Shown: one piece after another, positions 9,520 through 20,173 of the stretch
Layout of the letters: each line of letters opens with the position of its first letter
How positions within the stretch are numbered: the first letter of the stretch is position 1
Assembly (NCBI GenBank): GCA_963845755.1
Contig: CAWJTV010000015.1
Coordinates: 213,306-277,305, forward strand
From: an uncultured Planctomycetota bacterium
GTDB lineage: Bacteria; Planctomycetota; Planctomycetia; Isosphaerales; Isosphaeraceae
Direction of reading: 5' to 3'
DNA length: 64,000 nucleotides
The notes under the pieces: generated by a model
Told to the model about the DNA's origin: nothing
Seen by the model: only the letters and a program-made list of their open reading frames with translations
Databases searched by the model: none
Made by a program: the position numbers and the translations under genes

Positions 9520-10430
9520 CTAGCCGGATCCCAGGAACTTCTGCCTCCGATGCCAGTCGAGATACGCTGGGTCGGGGTAGAGCGACGAATCGTTGGGCAA
9601 CCGGATCTTCTGCCCATGATACTCGGCGAGCGGCTTCTGGTCGGGGCTGTCTTCGGCGAAACAGTCGCGAGCGACGATGACCGTGAAGTCGTCCGCGATC
9701 GTCCAGAGCCCGTTATCGAACATCCAGTGGGCGTTTCGGCAAAGAGCGATGCCGTTCCGGACGTCGTTATTCCGCGAATCCGAGAACTGGTGGATATGGG
9801 CCGCGTCGATGAGCGTGCTCGACGAGACGGTCATGATCCGGTAGCCGGTCAGGGCACACGCATAGTTGTACGTCGGGACAACCTGGAGCCGGAATCGGGC
9901 TTCCCGGCCCTTCTGCGTCGCATCCTCCGGCGCATGGTGCTGGGAGGCACTGACAACCTGGTCCTCGTTCGGAACCGGGATGCCCAGGAGAGCGCAAAGA
10001 CCCGGCCACTCGTCGTTCGGGAAATACTTGCAGATCAGAACCCGGGCGCCTCGTCCCGAAAAGCCGCGTCCTTCAGGCATGCCTCGAAGTCGGGATTGAG
10101 TTCGGCAAACCTTGCCAGGCGACGATCGGGCGCGGGCTTGCCGTTCTCGCCTACGGCCTTCCAGCAGCCGTCGCTCTGCAAGTGGTAGAACGGGAAGCGC
10201 ACGTCGGGAGCCTGCGTCCGGCGTTCCGCGACGACGTACCAGTACGAACAAAACTGGAAGGCCAACTCGGGCGTCAGAGGCATGACCTTCTCGGGTAAGC
10301 GAGCTTGTTCGGCGAGCTCCATGATCGCGAGGAGAAGCAGCGGCTTGTGCGGTGCTGGGTTGCCCTTGGCCCAGTCAACTCGCAGTTTCCCGAGCTTTGA
10401 CAGCCATCGCTCTCGCGTTATCGCATCCAT
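9520..10430 (-). CDS. SBD (sulfur-binding-domain-like)-HNH endonuclease; indel near 10045
   Basis: N-terminal APHKPLLLLAI and FPFYHLQSDGCW resemble the ScoMcrA/SprMcrA-type SBD; C-terminal CALTG..IDAAHI..NDVRNGIALCRNAHWMFD is an HNH. Confidence 0.8.
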
Positions 10431-10527
10431 CCGGATGCCCTCTTCGACTCTTCGACAACGGACAACGAAGGAATTGTGGGGAAAAGCACCGACGCCGATT
10501 CCTCCAACTCCTTATGACACCAGTTCC

Positions 10528-13089
10528 TTACGTCACAGTTATCTCGTCAGGCGCGGCTTCATAGCCCTCTTTCTCCCTGGCCTGCCGGATCCGCTCGATC
10601 AGCGCCGGCAGGTGCGGCCCAAGCCACTCTTTATTGTTCCCAGGAAACAGCCTGATTCGCCAATGACGAAACCTCTCGCCTCGCCCACCAATCTTCACTG
10701 CGTCCACCGCCGCACAGCGGAAGAATAGGTTGATTGTTCGCCGCAGAAACATTTCCCACCACTCGGGTTCCTTGGCGTGAATGCGCGTCGGAGTCTTCAT
10801 AATCGGTAATCGCGTCGGCGCGGAGGTCAAGATCGTTTGATTGTTGCGAAAGCTGATGTTCTGAATTCCTTTTCCCTCCGGGCCGTTGCAGGTTTTGCAC
10901 AGCGTTTGCAAATTGTCGAAGTGGTTGTTGCCCCCGTGGTAGCTAGGCGAAATATGATCCACTTGAAGCTGTGTCCTTTGCTTGCCGTAGCCACAGCACA
11001 AGCAATGGAACCCGTCCCGCGACTTGACCCGTTCCTTCAACTCGTCGGATGGCTCGACGATCGGTATCGCCTCGGGTGTCTTGAATTGGGGACGATGTTT
11101 TCCGGGATCGGTGCCATGTCGTTTGGCGTGGAGGATTCGATTAACACAAGCATCGTAATGCGATTTGAAGAGGTCGTAGTTGTAGTAAATCACGCGCCAA
11201 TATCGATCTCTATCATGATACTCTGCATCTAAGGCCGCATCCTCATCAACGCGGCTCAGACGATCCGCGAGGAGCCGATGTGCAACCGCATCGAGATCGT
11301 GATGGTCTCTGACGTCGAACGGGAAGAACTTTGGGACCTGCTTTTCATTTTGGGCAACGTGTCTTGCAATGCCGAACAGGTCCTCAACCAGTCCTCCTCC
11401 GACGCGCACATCGACCCCAGAAAAGAACTTTTCGTGCCAGTGGTTGACTCGCTCTCTGACATCTGCAATCCGAACGGAATCCTCCTCAAACGAGCCCAAG
11501 TCTTCGTTCTTGAGTGAATTGATGAAGGACTCGAACGCTGGCTTCTCATCCTCGAACACCATGACCAGTTGGCCGACTGGCTCAACATCATCGGTTCCCT
11601 CTACGTGCGCGTAGAATTCGACGCGATACCAGCCAATCGGGAGAAAGGCTTTATAGGGAGCAGGATTCACGTTGATCCCCGAATCCATCTGTCTGGCGAG
11701 GCGTCGAACAAGGTCGATCGAAATCATCTGGAGCGGCGGCCTCTTGCCGTACTCGGGGATTGTCTCATCGGCCAACCCGGGAGCGAGCTGGTCGTACGCC
11801 GCCCAGTTGATGCGGTGTTTCCAGTTGTCAATGAACGAGACAATGAACGCCTTGTCGGTCCCGCCGAACTTTGGTCCTCGGAGGGGGTGCCCAACCATCT
11901 GGGTCAAGAGAATCTGGCTTGTTGTCTGCCGCGTGAGGAAGACCGTCTGCACATCGGGAACGTCGGTTCCTTCGGTGGCCATCCGGATGTTGATCAGGAC
12001 GTCGAGTTTTCCGTCACGGAAGGCTTGAAGCACTTTCGCATTCTCGGCTGATGTGCGCCGGTTTCTGGCTTCTGTGCTGCCTGGATTTGCGTCAACGTGG
12101 GAATAGATGGCATCAGCCTTCACGTCTCGTTTCTTGAGCGCTTTGCTCAGTTGTTCGCATTGCTCCCAGCGGTCCGCAAAAATGATCGTTTTTCCGTATC
12201 TCTGGCGCTGGCTGACGTAGCAGCCAGCAATATACTCGTTCCGTTCCCGGCTGCTTGCGAGCGAAGTGATGATCGTGTCGGGCAGATCCCGGTTTGTTCC
12301 CACCCAATTCTCGTATTCTCGCTCGTCGAAGTTCGCGTCGAAGGCGGTCGGAGCTTCCTCAGGCACGGGCCTGGCGAGGATGCCAGCGGCCATCAATTTT
12401 TGCGGAGCAACTTGATAGATAATGCCTTGCGGAAAGAGCTTGTGCAGCCAACCGCGTCTATTTTCCTCGCTGTAGGTGGGCGTAGCCGTGAATCCCATCA
12501 AGTGCATCTGCGGGCAACGCTCACGGAGGCCCAGGATCAGGCTTCTGTAGCTCGGAGCCGGCGAATGGTGGGCTTCATCGAAAACGACGAACAACCGACC
12601 CTTCGTAGAGTCCAGGAACCGATCTAATTGCCGGTGGCGATGGCTGACCGCGTTGCAAACAGTTTGCAGCGAGCTAATCACGACGTCGTCACTCGCTTGA
12701 ATGGAATGGACAGGGAAGTGGCCGATCGTGCCTGAGACGACGCGACTACACAGCCGAGACTTCGGTTCTGCAATCAGGCCGACAACGTCGGAGAAGCTGG
12801 AATGGGCTTGCTCCAGCAGATGGTGGGTATGGGCCAACCACAGGACCTTGAAACCGTCGGATAGCGGGTTCCGGCAGATGAAATGACAGGCCGTGAATGT
12901 CTTGCCGGCTCCAGTCGGGAGAACGAGAATTCCCCCGCGAGGTTCCGGCGGAGCGGATTTGTACCACTTGTCGAGTTTCTGGAGTGCCTCCGCCTGATGC
13001 GGCGCAGGACTCTTGGCGACTCCATGCCGGCGAGCTTCGGAGAGGTCATATTCGCGGTAGGAGTCACTTGTTTGGTTCGGCGTGGCCAT
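10528..13089 (-). CDS. SF2 DExH helicase (type III Res-like) fused to a C-terminal HNH nuclease
   Basis: VLPTGAGKT, LWLAHT, DEAHH, GFTATP, TEGTDVP, QMVG..LRG; HNH CLCCG..LQVDHI..GGNNHFDNLQTLCKTCN; visibly lower GC than the flanks. Confidence 0.88.
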   Translation of the reverse strand: MATPNQTSDSYREYDLSEARRHGVAKSPAPHQAEALQKLDKWYKSAPPEPRGGILVLPTGAGKTFTACHFICRNPLSDGFKVLWLAHTHHLLEQAHSSFSDVVGLIAEPKSRLCSRVVSGTIGHFPVHSIQASDDVVISSLQTVCNAVSHRHRQLDRFLDSTKGRLFVVFDEAHHSPAPSYRSLILGLRERCPQMHLMGFTATPTYSEENRRGWLHKLFPQGIIYQVAPQKLMAAGILARPVPEEAPTAFDANFDEREYENWVGTNRDLPDTIITSLASSRERNEYIAGCYVSQRQRYGKTIIFADRWEQCEQLSKALKKRDVKADAIYSHVDANPGSTEARNRRTSAENAKVLQAFRDGKLDVLINIRMATEGTDVPDVQTVFLTRQTTSQILLTQMVGHPLRGPKFGGTDKAFIVSFIDNWKHRINWAAYDQLAPGLADETIPEYGKRPPLQMISIDLVRRLARQMDSGINVNPAPYKAFLPIGWYRVEFYAHVEGTDDVEPVGQLVMVFEDEKPAFESFINSLKNEDLGSFEEDSVRIADVRERVNHWHEKFFSGVDVRVGGGLVEDLFGIARHVAQNEKQVPKFFPFDVRDHHDLDAVAHRLLADRLSRVDEDAALDAEYHDRDRYWRVIYYNYDLFKSHYDACVNRILHAKRHGTDPGKHRPQFKTPEAIPIVEPSDELKERVKSRDGFHCLCCGYGKQRTQLQVDHISPSYHGGNNHFDNLQTLCKTCNGPEGKGIQNISFRNNQTILTSAPTRLPIMKTPTRIHAKEPEWWEMFLRRTINLFFRCAAVDAVKIGGRGERFRHWRIRLFPGNNKEWLGPHLPALIERIRQAREKEGYEAAPDEITVT

Positions 13090-13143
13090 TCGAGCAGACC
13101 TTAGCTACATGGGGGCGATGACACTGTGGCTGATCGCCCGAGT

Positions 13144-13473
13144 TCAGTGGACCGGGCCCTCCTGCTCGATCGTCGGCGTCCCTTTCAACGATTTCCGCTC
13201 TGGCAGGGCTGTTTGCTCCGTCTCGCTGGCACTCTTCCAGGACTGATAGAACTCCTCAACCTTGCCGATCTTCTCGGGGTGGATGAGTTGCAAGACGACC
13301 GCATTTGATTCTTGAAGGTCCCGTTCAGAGCCTTCAGGCCACATGCCGCCGCCGTTGCCAACCCGATCACACGCAAGGTCGTGCTTATTCAGGTATCTAC
13401 GAAACTTCCCTTCCTCTGTTCGAGGAACTTCGAATAACCCCGTCTGTTCGTTAATGATTCTTAGCTCTCCCAT
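13144..13473 (-). CDS. Small hypothetical protein upstream of the helicase-HNH
   Basis: ATG at 13473 after a GAAGGGA RBS; same strand and lower-GC block as the helicase. Confidence 0.45.
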   Translation of the reverse strand: MGELRIINEQTGLFEVPRTEEGKFRRYLNKHDLACDRVGNGGGMWPEGSERDLQESNAVVLQLIHPEKIGKVEEFYQSWKSASETEQTALPERKSLKGTPTIEQEGPVH

Positions 13474-13845
13474 GTCATGTCCCTTCACCACTATGTTGTG
13501 AGCAGATTCACCACACCCGGTCTGAGCGGGCCAGCGCATTCCAAAATAACCTCCAAACGGAAAGTTTAACGCCAAGATTGGCCGGAAGTCCATTACATGC
13601 AGGGATTTCTCGCACCCAGCCATCCGAACGGCAACATGCAATTCCCACTGGTGGGTCGAAGTCAGCCTGACCTGAGTCTCACCGACTCGCTGGTTTGTGG
13701 GAGGTGCAATTCAGTTTCTGGACGGAGAACTCTAGCAAGTCGTGAGAACAATGGCTTTATTGCCTGCTGTCGTGGCCAGCTTCAAGAGGCAATTAACGAC
13801 ATGCATCATTTACCCCGGTTCGACACCGTCGGATCCGCTGGACAA

Positions 13846-14556
13846 GACGCCGACGAGTGGGACGCGATCCGCGGCCCGCCACCGAGGACTTGCTGGTCTA
13901 CCTGGCCCTCGATCGGTTCCGGCGACGTCCGCCGATGTCCGCCCTGCCGATCGGCCTCCAGCGGGACATCCGGGCGTTCTTCGGCAGCTATGCCAGCGCC
14001 TGCCGCCTGGCGGACGACCGACTTTTCCAGGCCGGTGACGCCGAGGCCGTCGACGACGCCTGCCGACGCTCGGACGTCGGCAAGCTGCTTCCCAACGCCC
14101 TGTATCTCCACCGCACGCCCTGGAATCGCTCGACCCGCGACTCCGCGTCTACGAGGGCTGCGCCCGGGCCTACCTCGGCGAGGTCGAGGGCGCGAACCTG
14201 ATCAAGCTGCACCGCCAATCGGGCAAGGTGTCGTACCTCGTCTACCCCGACTTCGAGACCGACCCCCACCCGGCGCTGTTGCGAAGCATCAAGCTGAACC
14301 TCCGCACCCGCGAGATCGAGAGCACCGATTACGCCCAGAGCGCCAACCCGCCGGTCCTCCACCGCAAGGAGACGTTCCTGCTTCCCGATCACCCGTTACG
14401 GGCGAAGTTCGAGCGGCTCAGCGCCAGGAGGAGTGCGCCGGCCTGCTGGACGAGACCGCGACGATCGGCACGCGCGAGGGGTGGGCGGAGCGGCTCCGCG
14501 CGACGGGCTACGCACTACGAGGTCATCGGCTGGTCCGGAATCGTACAGGGGATTGA
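13846..14556 (+). pseudogene. Repeat unit 1: 5'-truncated C-terminal fragment of the Dnd-associated putative methyltransferase
   Basis: EDLLVYLAL.RF, QRDIRAFFGSY, VGKLLPNALYLH, LIKLHRQSGKVSYLVYPDFETDPHPALLRS, NPPVLHRKETF, GHRLVR; no start codon or N-terminal domain. Confidence 0.8.
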
Positions 14557-14654
14557 ATCGCGGTGTCAGGCGATCTACTGCCGGGACGGGTTGAGCGCGG
14601 ACCACGTCGGTTTGAACTGGCACAAGGGTTACCTTCACCAGTTACATCGTCGGA

Positions 14655-15090
14655 TCAGAATTCCAGCCGGAAGGAGCCCTTGGGGCCTTCGAAGGTGAAA
14701 ACGCAATGTCGAAGGACGTCTCTGCCGATCAGAGCCTGGAATCCCTGAGTCGAGAGATCCGATTCGATGACCGGAATCGTCACCATCAGGGGATGGGTCT
14801 GAGTCTCACCCAGCACAATACAAGCGTCATACTGATTGCATGCCTGAAAGGCCGGTCCCGTGGAAGGAGTGTGGATGTAGGTGATCCCTCGGAAATCGAG
14901 ACCAAGGCTCGCAATCAGTCCGCGATCCAGCGCGGCAGCTGGCGCCGGTGTCGAGCAAACCGAGGCCCACACACGGAGACGAGAAGGGAATCCCCGCTTT
15001 CTTCAGCGCCTCGACCCGCTGACGACTCTGCATGGCTTTGAAGGGGACTAGCGGCCCCAAGGCACTGATCCGGTCGGACAGGACGGACAT
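14655..15090 (-). CDS. Retropepsin-like (clan AA) aspartyl protease; indel near 14935
   Basis: GLLDTGAS catalytic motif and C-terminal QALIGRDVL. Confidence 0.8.
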
Positions 15091-15314
15091 CAAGCAAGGT
15101 CCCGTGAGAAATACTGGATCGGTTCCACTCGACTGATTTGTTTGACCAAGAAAGCAACCACGCCAAACTTCTCGTATCCGGCCTGAAGCGCATCTTCGTA
15201 CGAGTCGAAGGGGCCTTCGATCGCCTCGCCGTGCACGACGACGTACTTCCCCTCGTTGGCGAGCAGGTCCATCAGGTGCTCGTTGTATACGGCCAGCTCC
15301 CGCTCCAAGGCCAT
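15090..15314 (-). CDS. Small protein (DUF5678-like) coupled to the aspartyl protease
   Basis: EGKYVVVHGEAIEGPFDSYEDALQAGYEKFG; its stop overlaps the protease start (TGATG). Confidence 0.7.
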   Translation of the reverse strand: MALERELAVYNEHLMDLLANEGKYVVVHGEAIEGPFDSYEDALQAGYEKFGVVAFLVKQISRVEPIQYFSRDLA

Positions 15315-15596
15315 CGTTATCACCTCGATCGATTGAACCTCGATGGCTAGAACGCCCTACAATCACTGAATATCGGCCCAGAAGCCGGTATTCTTTGGGC
15401 AGAATGTGCAATTCCCACAGCGTCCCCGCTTCGCAAGCTGGCTTACACGCCGAAACATTGCCGACAACTATCGCCCGGACCAACTCAATGATTCTCTGAT
15501 CGTTAGTACACAATCTCGGACGGTATCAAGAGCCAGCTTCGGGAATCGGGCATTAATCCAGCTCGGCCATTCGACACGGCACCGCCAAGCTCTGGA

Positions 15597-16426
15597 CCCG
15601 GTTCGGCTCGCTCCCGCGGGCGTTCGCCCTGGTCAAACGCGTCACCGGCTCCTAGTTGGACGTGATCTCCCGGCGCAGCACCGAGGGCTTTCTCGTGTAC
15701 CTGGCCCTCGGCCGGTTCTGGCGCCGGCCGACGATGTCCGCACTGCCGATCGGGCTCCAGCGGGGCATCCGGGCGTTCCCTCGCGGGAGACCCTCGGTCC
15801 GGCTCGCGACGGGGTCGGGAGACCCTCGCCGAACAGCTTCTGGCCGACGACCGGCTGTTCCAGGCCGGCGACGCCGAGGCCGTCGATGACGCCTGCCGAC
15901 GCTCGGACGTCGGCAAGCTGTTGCCCAACGCCCTGTATCTCCACCGCAGCGCCCTGGAATCGCTCGACCCGCTGCTCCGCGTCTACGAGGGCTGCGCCGG
16001 TCTTACCTCGGCGAGGTCGAAGGCGCCAACCTGATCAAGCTGCACCGCCATTCGGGCAAGGTCTCGTACCTGGTCTACCCCGACTTCGAGACCGACCCCC
16101 ACCCGGCCCTGTTGCGCAGCATCAAGCTCGACCTCCGCACCCGCGAGATTGAGAGCACCGATTACGCTCGACAGCGCGAATCCGCCGGTCCTCCACCGCA
16201 AGGAGACGTTCCTGCTGCCCGATCATCCTCTGCGCCGAAGTTCGAGCGGCTGACGCGCCAGGAGGAGCGCGCCGGCCTGCTGGACGAAACGGCCACGATC
16301 GGCACACGGGACGGTTGGGAGGCACGATTGCAAGAGAGGGGGTTCACGATTCGCGGGCATCGCTTGATACGACGGGTTTCACGACCGCCCGATGACGAGT
16401 CAGATCAGAGTGATGTAGACTGCTGA
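15597..16426 (+). pseudogene. Repeat unit 2 of the Dnd-associated methyltransferase 3' fragment, with an internal stop and a REP-like insertion at ~15779-15838
   Basis: Nucleotide similarity to the other units; ends GHRLIRRVSRPPDDESDQSDVDC*. Confidence 0.8.
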
Positions 16427-16444
16427 ACCATCGTCGTCAACCAC

Positions 16445-16873
16445 TTACCTCGTCCAGTCTTCGGTGACGAGGTTGGGGACTCTGGCGAAGTCCCCCGTAT
16501 TACGAGTCAGCAACACCAAGGCGCGCGATAGCGCGATCGAGGCGATCCGCAGGTCCATCGTGTCAACGCGCAATCGGCGGCCGTCCAGCCCATCGAAGAC
16601 CGCCGCGGCGGCTACATCGAACGGCACGACGGGAGCCGCCGCGAATTGCCTTAGGTTCCTGGCGAGCATGCTATATCCCCGCACGATGTCCTCGGCCTTC
16701 CGCGCCCGATTGATGTAAGTATGGGCCCCCAGGGCCTGCTCGTGGAAGCTCACGATGGAGAACCCCAGGTCGGACCGAGATGCTTGACGAATGCGGGCTG
16801 ACAGCGTGGCATACTCCTGGCCGGATTGCCGCTGAAGGATGCTGATGTGATCGGTGTCCAGCAAGTACTTCAC
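16445..16873 (-). CDS. vapC: VapC/PIN-domain toxin
   Basis: KYLLDTDHIS ... DTMDLRIASIALS..LLTRNTGDFARVPNLVTEDW; GTG start overlaps the antitoxin stop. Confidence 0.88.
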   Translation of the reverse strand: MKYLLDTDHISILQRQSGQEYATLSARIRQASRSDLGFSIVSFHEQALGAHTYINRARKAEDIVRGYSMLARNLRQFAAAPVVPFDVAAAAVFDGLDGRRLRVDTMDLRIASIALSRALVLLTRNTGDFARVPNLVTEDWTR

Positions 16874-17083
16874 GGCACGATGTCCTCGACGGATCGCTCT
16901 CCCTTTCGAAATCGCCCGGCCGTAGGCAATCACCTCGTCAAAAGCTGGCTCATCTTTGAACGAACCGATGACCTGTTCCAGCCAATCCGGAGCCGGCGGC
17001 TGGATCAAAAGGTGCTCTCGAAGTTCGGCAACCGCAGCCTCCACGGCCGCGAGACGCTCTTCAACCGTTGTGTCCACAGGCAT
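16870..17083 (-). CDS. Putative antitoxin of the VapC
   Basis: TVEERLAAVEAAVAELR..DWLEQVIGSFKDEPAFDEVIAYGRAIR; one extra A at ~16910 fuses it to vapC in this copy (compare the second copy). Confidence 0.75.
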
Positions 17084-17328
17084 GAGAGCTCACCCCCTAA
17101 GAGCCTCAGGTGATCCCGCTATTGTTCCATTCTCCCATCGGCTGAGGCCGCTTCAGCTCGGTCGAGCTTCACGGGATAGGGCAGAAACCCTCCTCCTAAG
17201 ATAACTCGGTCTCCCAAATCTAGCGAGCCCACCGACTCGATCAAGCCCCGTTGAGATCTCGAACGAGTCTCAGGGATGCCGGACGGCATTGATCGCGGGG
17301 CGAGAGCTGTTTCGGGTTGCCAAGGGAG

Positions 17329-18151
17329 CGGTTGCCGGATGCCGACGAATGCATGCCGGCCGCCGCGATCGTGGCCCGGTTCGGCTCGCTCAAGCGGGCC
17401 TTCGCCCTGGTCAAGCGGGTGACCGGCCCCGATGAGTGGGACGCGATCGCCCGGCGCAGCACCGAGGACCTACTCGTGTACCTGGCCCTCGGGCGGTTCC
17501 GGCGCCGGCCGCCGATGTCCGCCCTGCCGATCGGCCTCCAGCGGGACATCCGGGCGTTCTTCGGCAGTTACTCCAACGCTTGCCGCCTGGCCGACGAGCG
17601 GCTGTTCCCGGCCGGCGACGCCGAGGCCGTCGATGACGCCTGCCGACGCTCGGACGTCGGCAAGCTCTTGCCCAACGCCCTGTATCTCCACCGCAGCGCC
17701 CTGGAATCGCTCGACCCGCTCCTCCGCGTCTCCGAGGGCTGCGCCCGGGCCTACCTCGGCGAGGTCGAAGGCGCCAACCTGATCAAGCTGCACCGCCAAT
17801 CGGGCAAGGTCTCGTACCTCGTCTACCCCGACTTCGAGACCGATCCCCACCCGGCCCTGTTGCGGAGCATCAAGCTCAACCTCCGCACCCGCGAGATCGA
17901 GAGCACCGATTACTCCCAGAGCGCGAATCCGCCAGTCCTCCACCGCAAGGAGACGTTCCTGCTTCCCGATCACCCGTTACGGGCGAAGTTCGAGCGGCTG
18001 ACGCGCGCAGGAGGAGCGCGCCGGCCTGCTGGACGAGACCGCGACGATCGGCACGCGGGAGGGCTGGCAGAGGCGACTGCAGGAGAGCGGGTTCACGGTT
18101 CTCGGACATTGCTTGATACGACGGATCGCACAGAAGCCCAAGGACGAGTAG
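17329..18151 (+). pseudogene. Repeat unit 3 of the Dnd-associated methyltransferase 3' fragment
   Basis: RLPDADEC..ARFGSLKRAFALVKRVTG through NPPVLHRKETF; ends GHCLIRRIAQKPKDE*. Confidence 0.82.
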
Positions 18152-18240
18152 GATTGAAGGTATTCCCTGGCAGCGTGGCTTGATGGAGATTCTTATTGGC
18201 GGTTCAAGTCGAGCAGCCAGCGCGAAGAGGAGGGATGGTC

Positions 18241-18474
18241 ATGTCGAGCGTGACGTTGGAAGAGGCGCAAAGTCACCTGGCCCAGTTGATCGAGCAGCTC
18301 CAGCCCGGTGAAGAGATCGTGATCACTCGCGACCGTAAGCCGGTTGCCCGCCTGATCGCCGAGTCGGAACCCCGGCGGCAACCGCGGCGTCTGGGAACCA
18401 TGAAAGGGACGGTCCTTCACATCGCGCCCGACTTCGATGCGCCTCTCGAGGACTTCAAGGAGTACATGGAGTGA
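18241..18474 (+). CDS. Phd/YefM-family antitoxin
   Basis: VTLEEAQSHLAQLIE..GEEIVITRDRKPVARL..DFDAPLEDFKEYM; GAGGAGG RBS. Confidence 0.88.
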   Translation: MSSVTLEEAQSHLAQLIEQLQPGEEIVITRDRKPVARLIAESEPRRQPRRLGTMKGTVLHIAPDFDAPLEDFKEYME

Positions 18475-18858
18475 GGCTCATTCTCGATTCCCATGTCCTC
18501 CTCTGGGCGGTCGATGATCCAGTCCGACTCAGTCCAACCGCCGCCGCCCTCTTGCAAGACCCGGCCAACGAGTTACTCGTCAGCGCAGCCACCATCTGGG
18601 AGATGTCCATCAAGGTCGGACTGGGAAAGCTGACCCTTTCCCAACCGTACCGCGACGTGGATGACCCAGGCCCTTGCTGATCTCGGGGCTACGATCCTGC
18701 CGATTACCGTGGAGTATTCCGACGCTCAGGCTGCATTGCCCTTTCATCATCGCGACCCCTTCGATCGGTTGATTATCGCTCAAACTCTTGTCGAAGGAAT
18801 CTCGGTCGTCAGTGACGACGGCCAGTTCGACGCTTATGGCGTCAGCCGCCTCTGGTGA
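18471..18858 (+). CDS. vapC: PIN-domain (VapC-like) toxin; indel near 18655
   Basis: LILDSHVLLW..VSAATIWEMSIK..GKL..HHRDPFDRLIIAQ; GTGA overlap with the antitoxin. Confidence 0.88.
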
Positions 18859-18872
18859 GGCAGAAGTTCCGC

Positions 18873-19685
18873 TTGGCGGCCCTCGGCCGGTTGCCGAAGG
18901 CCGACGAATGCCCGCAGGCGACGAAGTCGCGGCCCGGTTCGGCTCGCTCCCGCGGGCGTTCGCCCTGGTCAAGCGGGTCACCGGCGCCGACGAGTGGGAT
19001 ACGATCGCCCGCCGCAGCACCGAGGACCTGCTCGGGTACCTGGCCCTGGGCCGGTTCCGGCGACGGCCGCAGATGTCGGCCCTGCCGATCGGGCTCCAGC
19101 GGGACATCCGGGCGTTCTTCGGCAGCTATGCCAAGGCCTGCCGCCAGGCCGACGACCGGCTGTTCCAGGCCGGCAGTGCCGAGGCCGTCGATGACGCCTG
19201 CCGACGCTCGGCCGTCGGCAAGCTCCTGCCCAACGCCCTGTACGTCCACCGCAGCTCCCTGGAATCGCTCGACCCGCTGCTCCGCGTCTATGAGGGCTGC
19301 GCCGGGCCTATCTCGGCGAGGTCGAGGGCGCGAACCTGATCAAGCTGCACCGCCAGTCGGGCAAGGTCTCGTACCTCGTCTACCCCGACTTCGAGACCGA
19401 TCCTCACCCGGGCCTGTTGCGGGGCATCAAGCTCAACCTCCGCACCCGCGAGATCGAGAGCACCGATTACGCCCAGCAGCGCGAATCCGCCGGTCCTCCA
19501 CCGCAAGGAGACGTTCCTGCTCCCCGAGCACCCCTTGCGCGCGAAGTTCGAGCGGCTGACGCGCCAGGAGGAGCGCGCCGGGTTGCTGGACGAGACCGCG
19601 ACGATCGGCACACGGGAAGGGTGGGCGGAACGGCTGCGAACGATGGGCTACGCTCTCCGTGGCCATCGGCTGATTCGGAGCAAGT
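18873..19685 (+). pseudogene. Repeat unit 4 of the Dnd-associated methyltransferase 3' fragment
   Basis: Begins ~15 bp after the vapC stop (AALGRLPKADEC); homology ends at GYALRGHRLIRS. Confidence 0.82.
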
Positions 19686-19776
19686 CGAGGGATTGCCCCC
19701 CCGAGTCTCGAGTGAGTACCGCCGCGGACGATGACGCGGCACAGTCCGGAAGTGCTGAGTCGGCTGGCTACAGCGC

Positions 19777-19992
19777 CTATCTTTTGGATTGCGCACGCTC
19801 CATGCCAGCGCGACGCCGTCGGCCGGCGCCCGCGTCGGAACATGCCCCGAAGGCGGCGCCCAGGAGCCCGATGATCATCAGCATGGACAGGCCGATGCCC
19901 TTGACGTCGTTTTCCTTCAAGGCCGCGATACCGACGCTGAAAGCTGCGACGATGAAGAGAAAGCTGCCGATGGTTGACCTAGGTGGATGCAT
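19777..19992 (-). CDS. Small hydrophobic (membrane) protein, possibly a fragment
   Basis: STIGSFLFIVAAFSVGIAAL..GIGLSMLMIIGLLGAAF; two hydrophobic segments. Confidence 0.4.
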   Translation of the reverse strand: MHPPRSTIGSFLFIVAAFSVGIAALKENDVKGIGLSMLMIIGLLGAAFGACSDAGAGRRRRAGMERAQSKR

Positions 19993-20173
19993 CGTGATTT
20001 TCCCATGAGCGACCCCTGCATCCTAATCTCCTCAGCGAAGGCGGTAAACGACCTGGCTGGGGGAGGAGCCTCCGTCCCGCGACCACACCGGCCGAAGATC
20101 GGCGGCCCGAGCCGGCTCCTGCAGGGGTTCGTCGGGGGCCTTTCGTCATTGCGAAACCCACAGGTTAGGCGCT

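Noticed and set aside
16445..17083. 212 aa antitoxin-VapC fusion ORF
   Set aside because: The second copy (22243-22880) has separate genes with a GTGA overlap; the fusion results from one extra A at ~16910, probably an error
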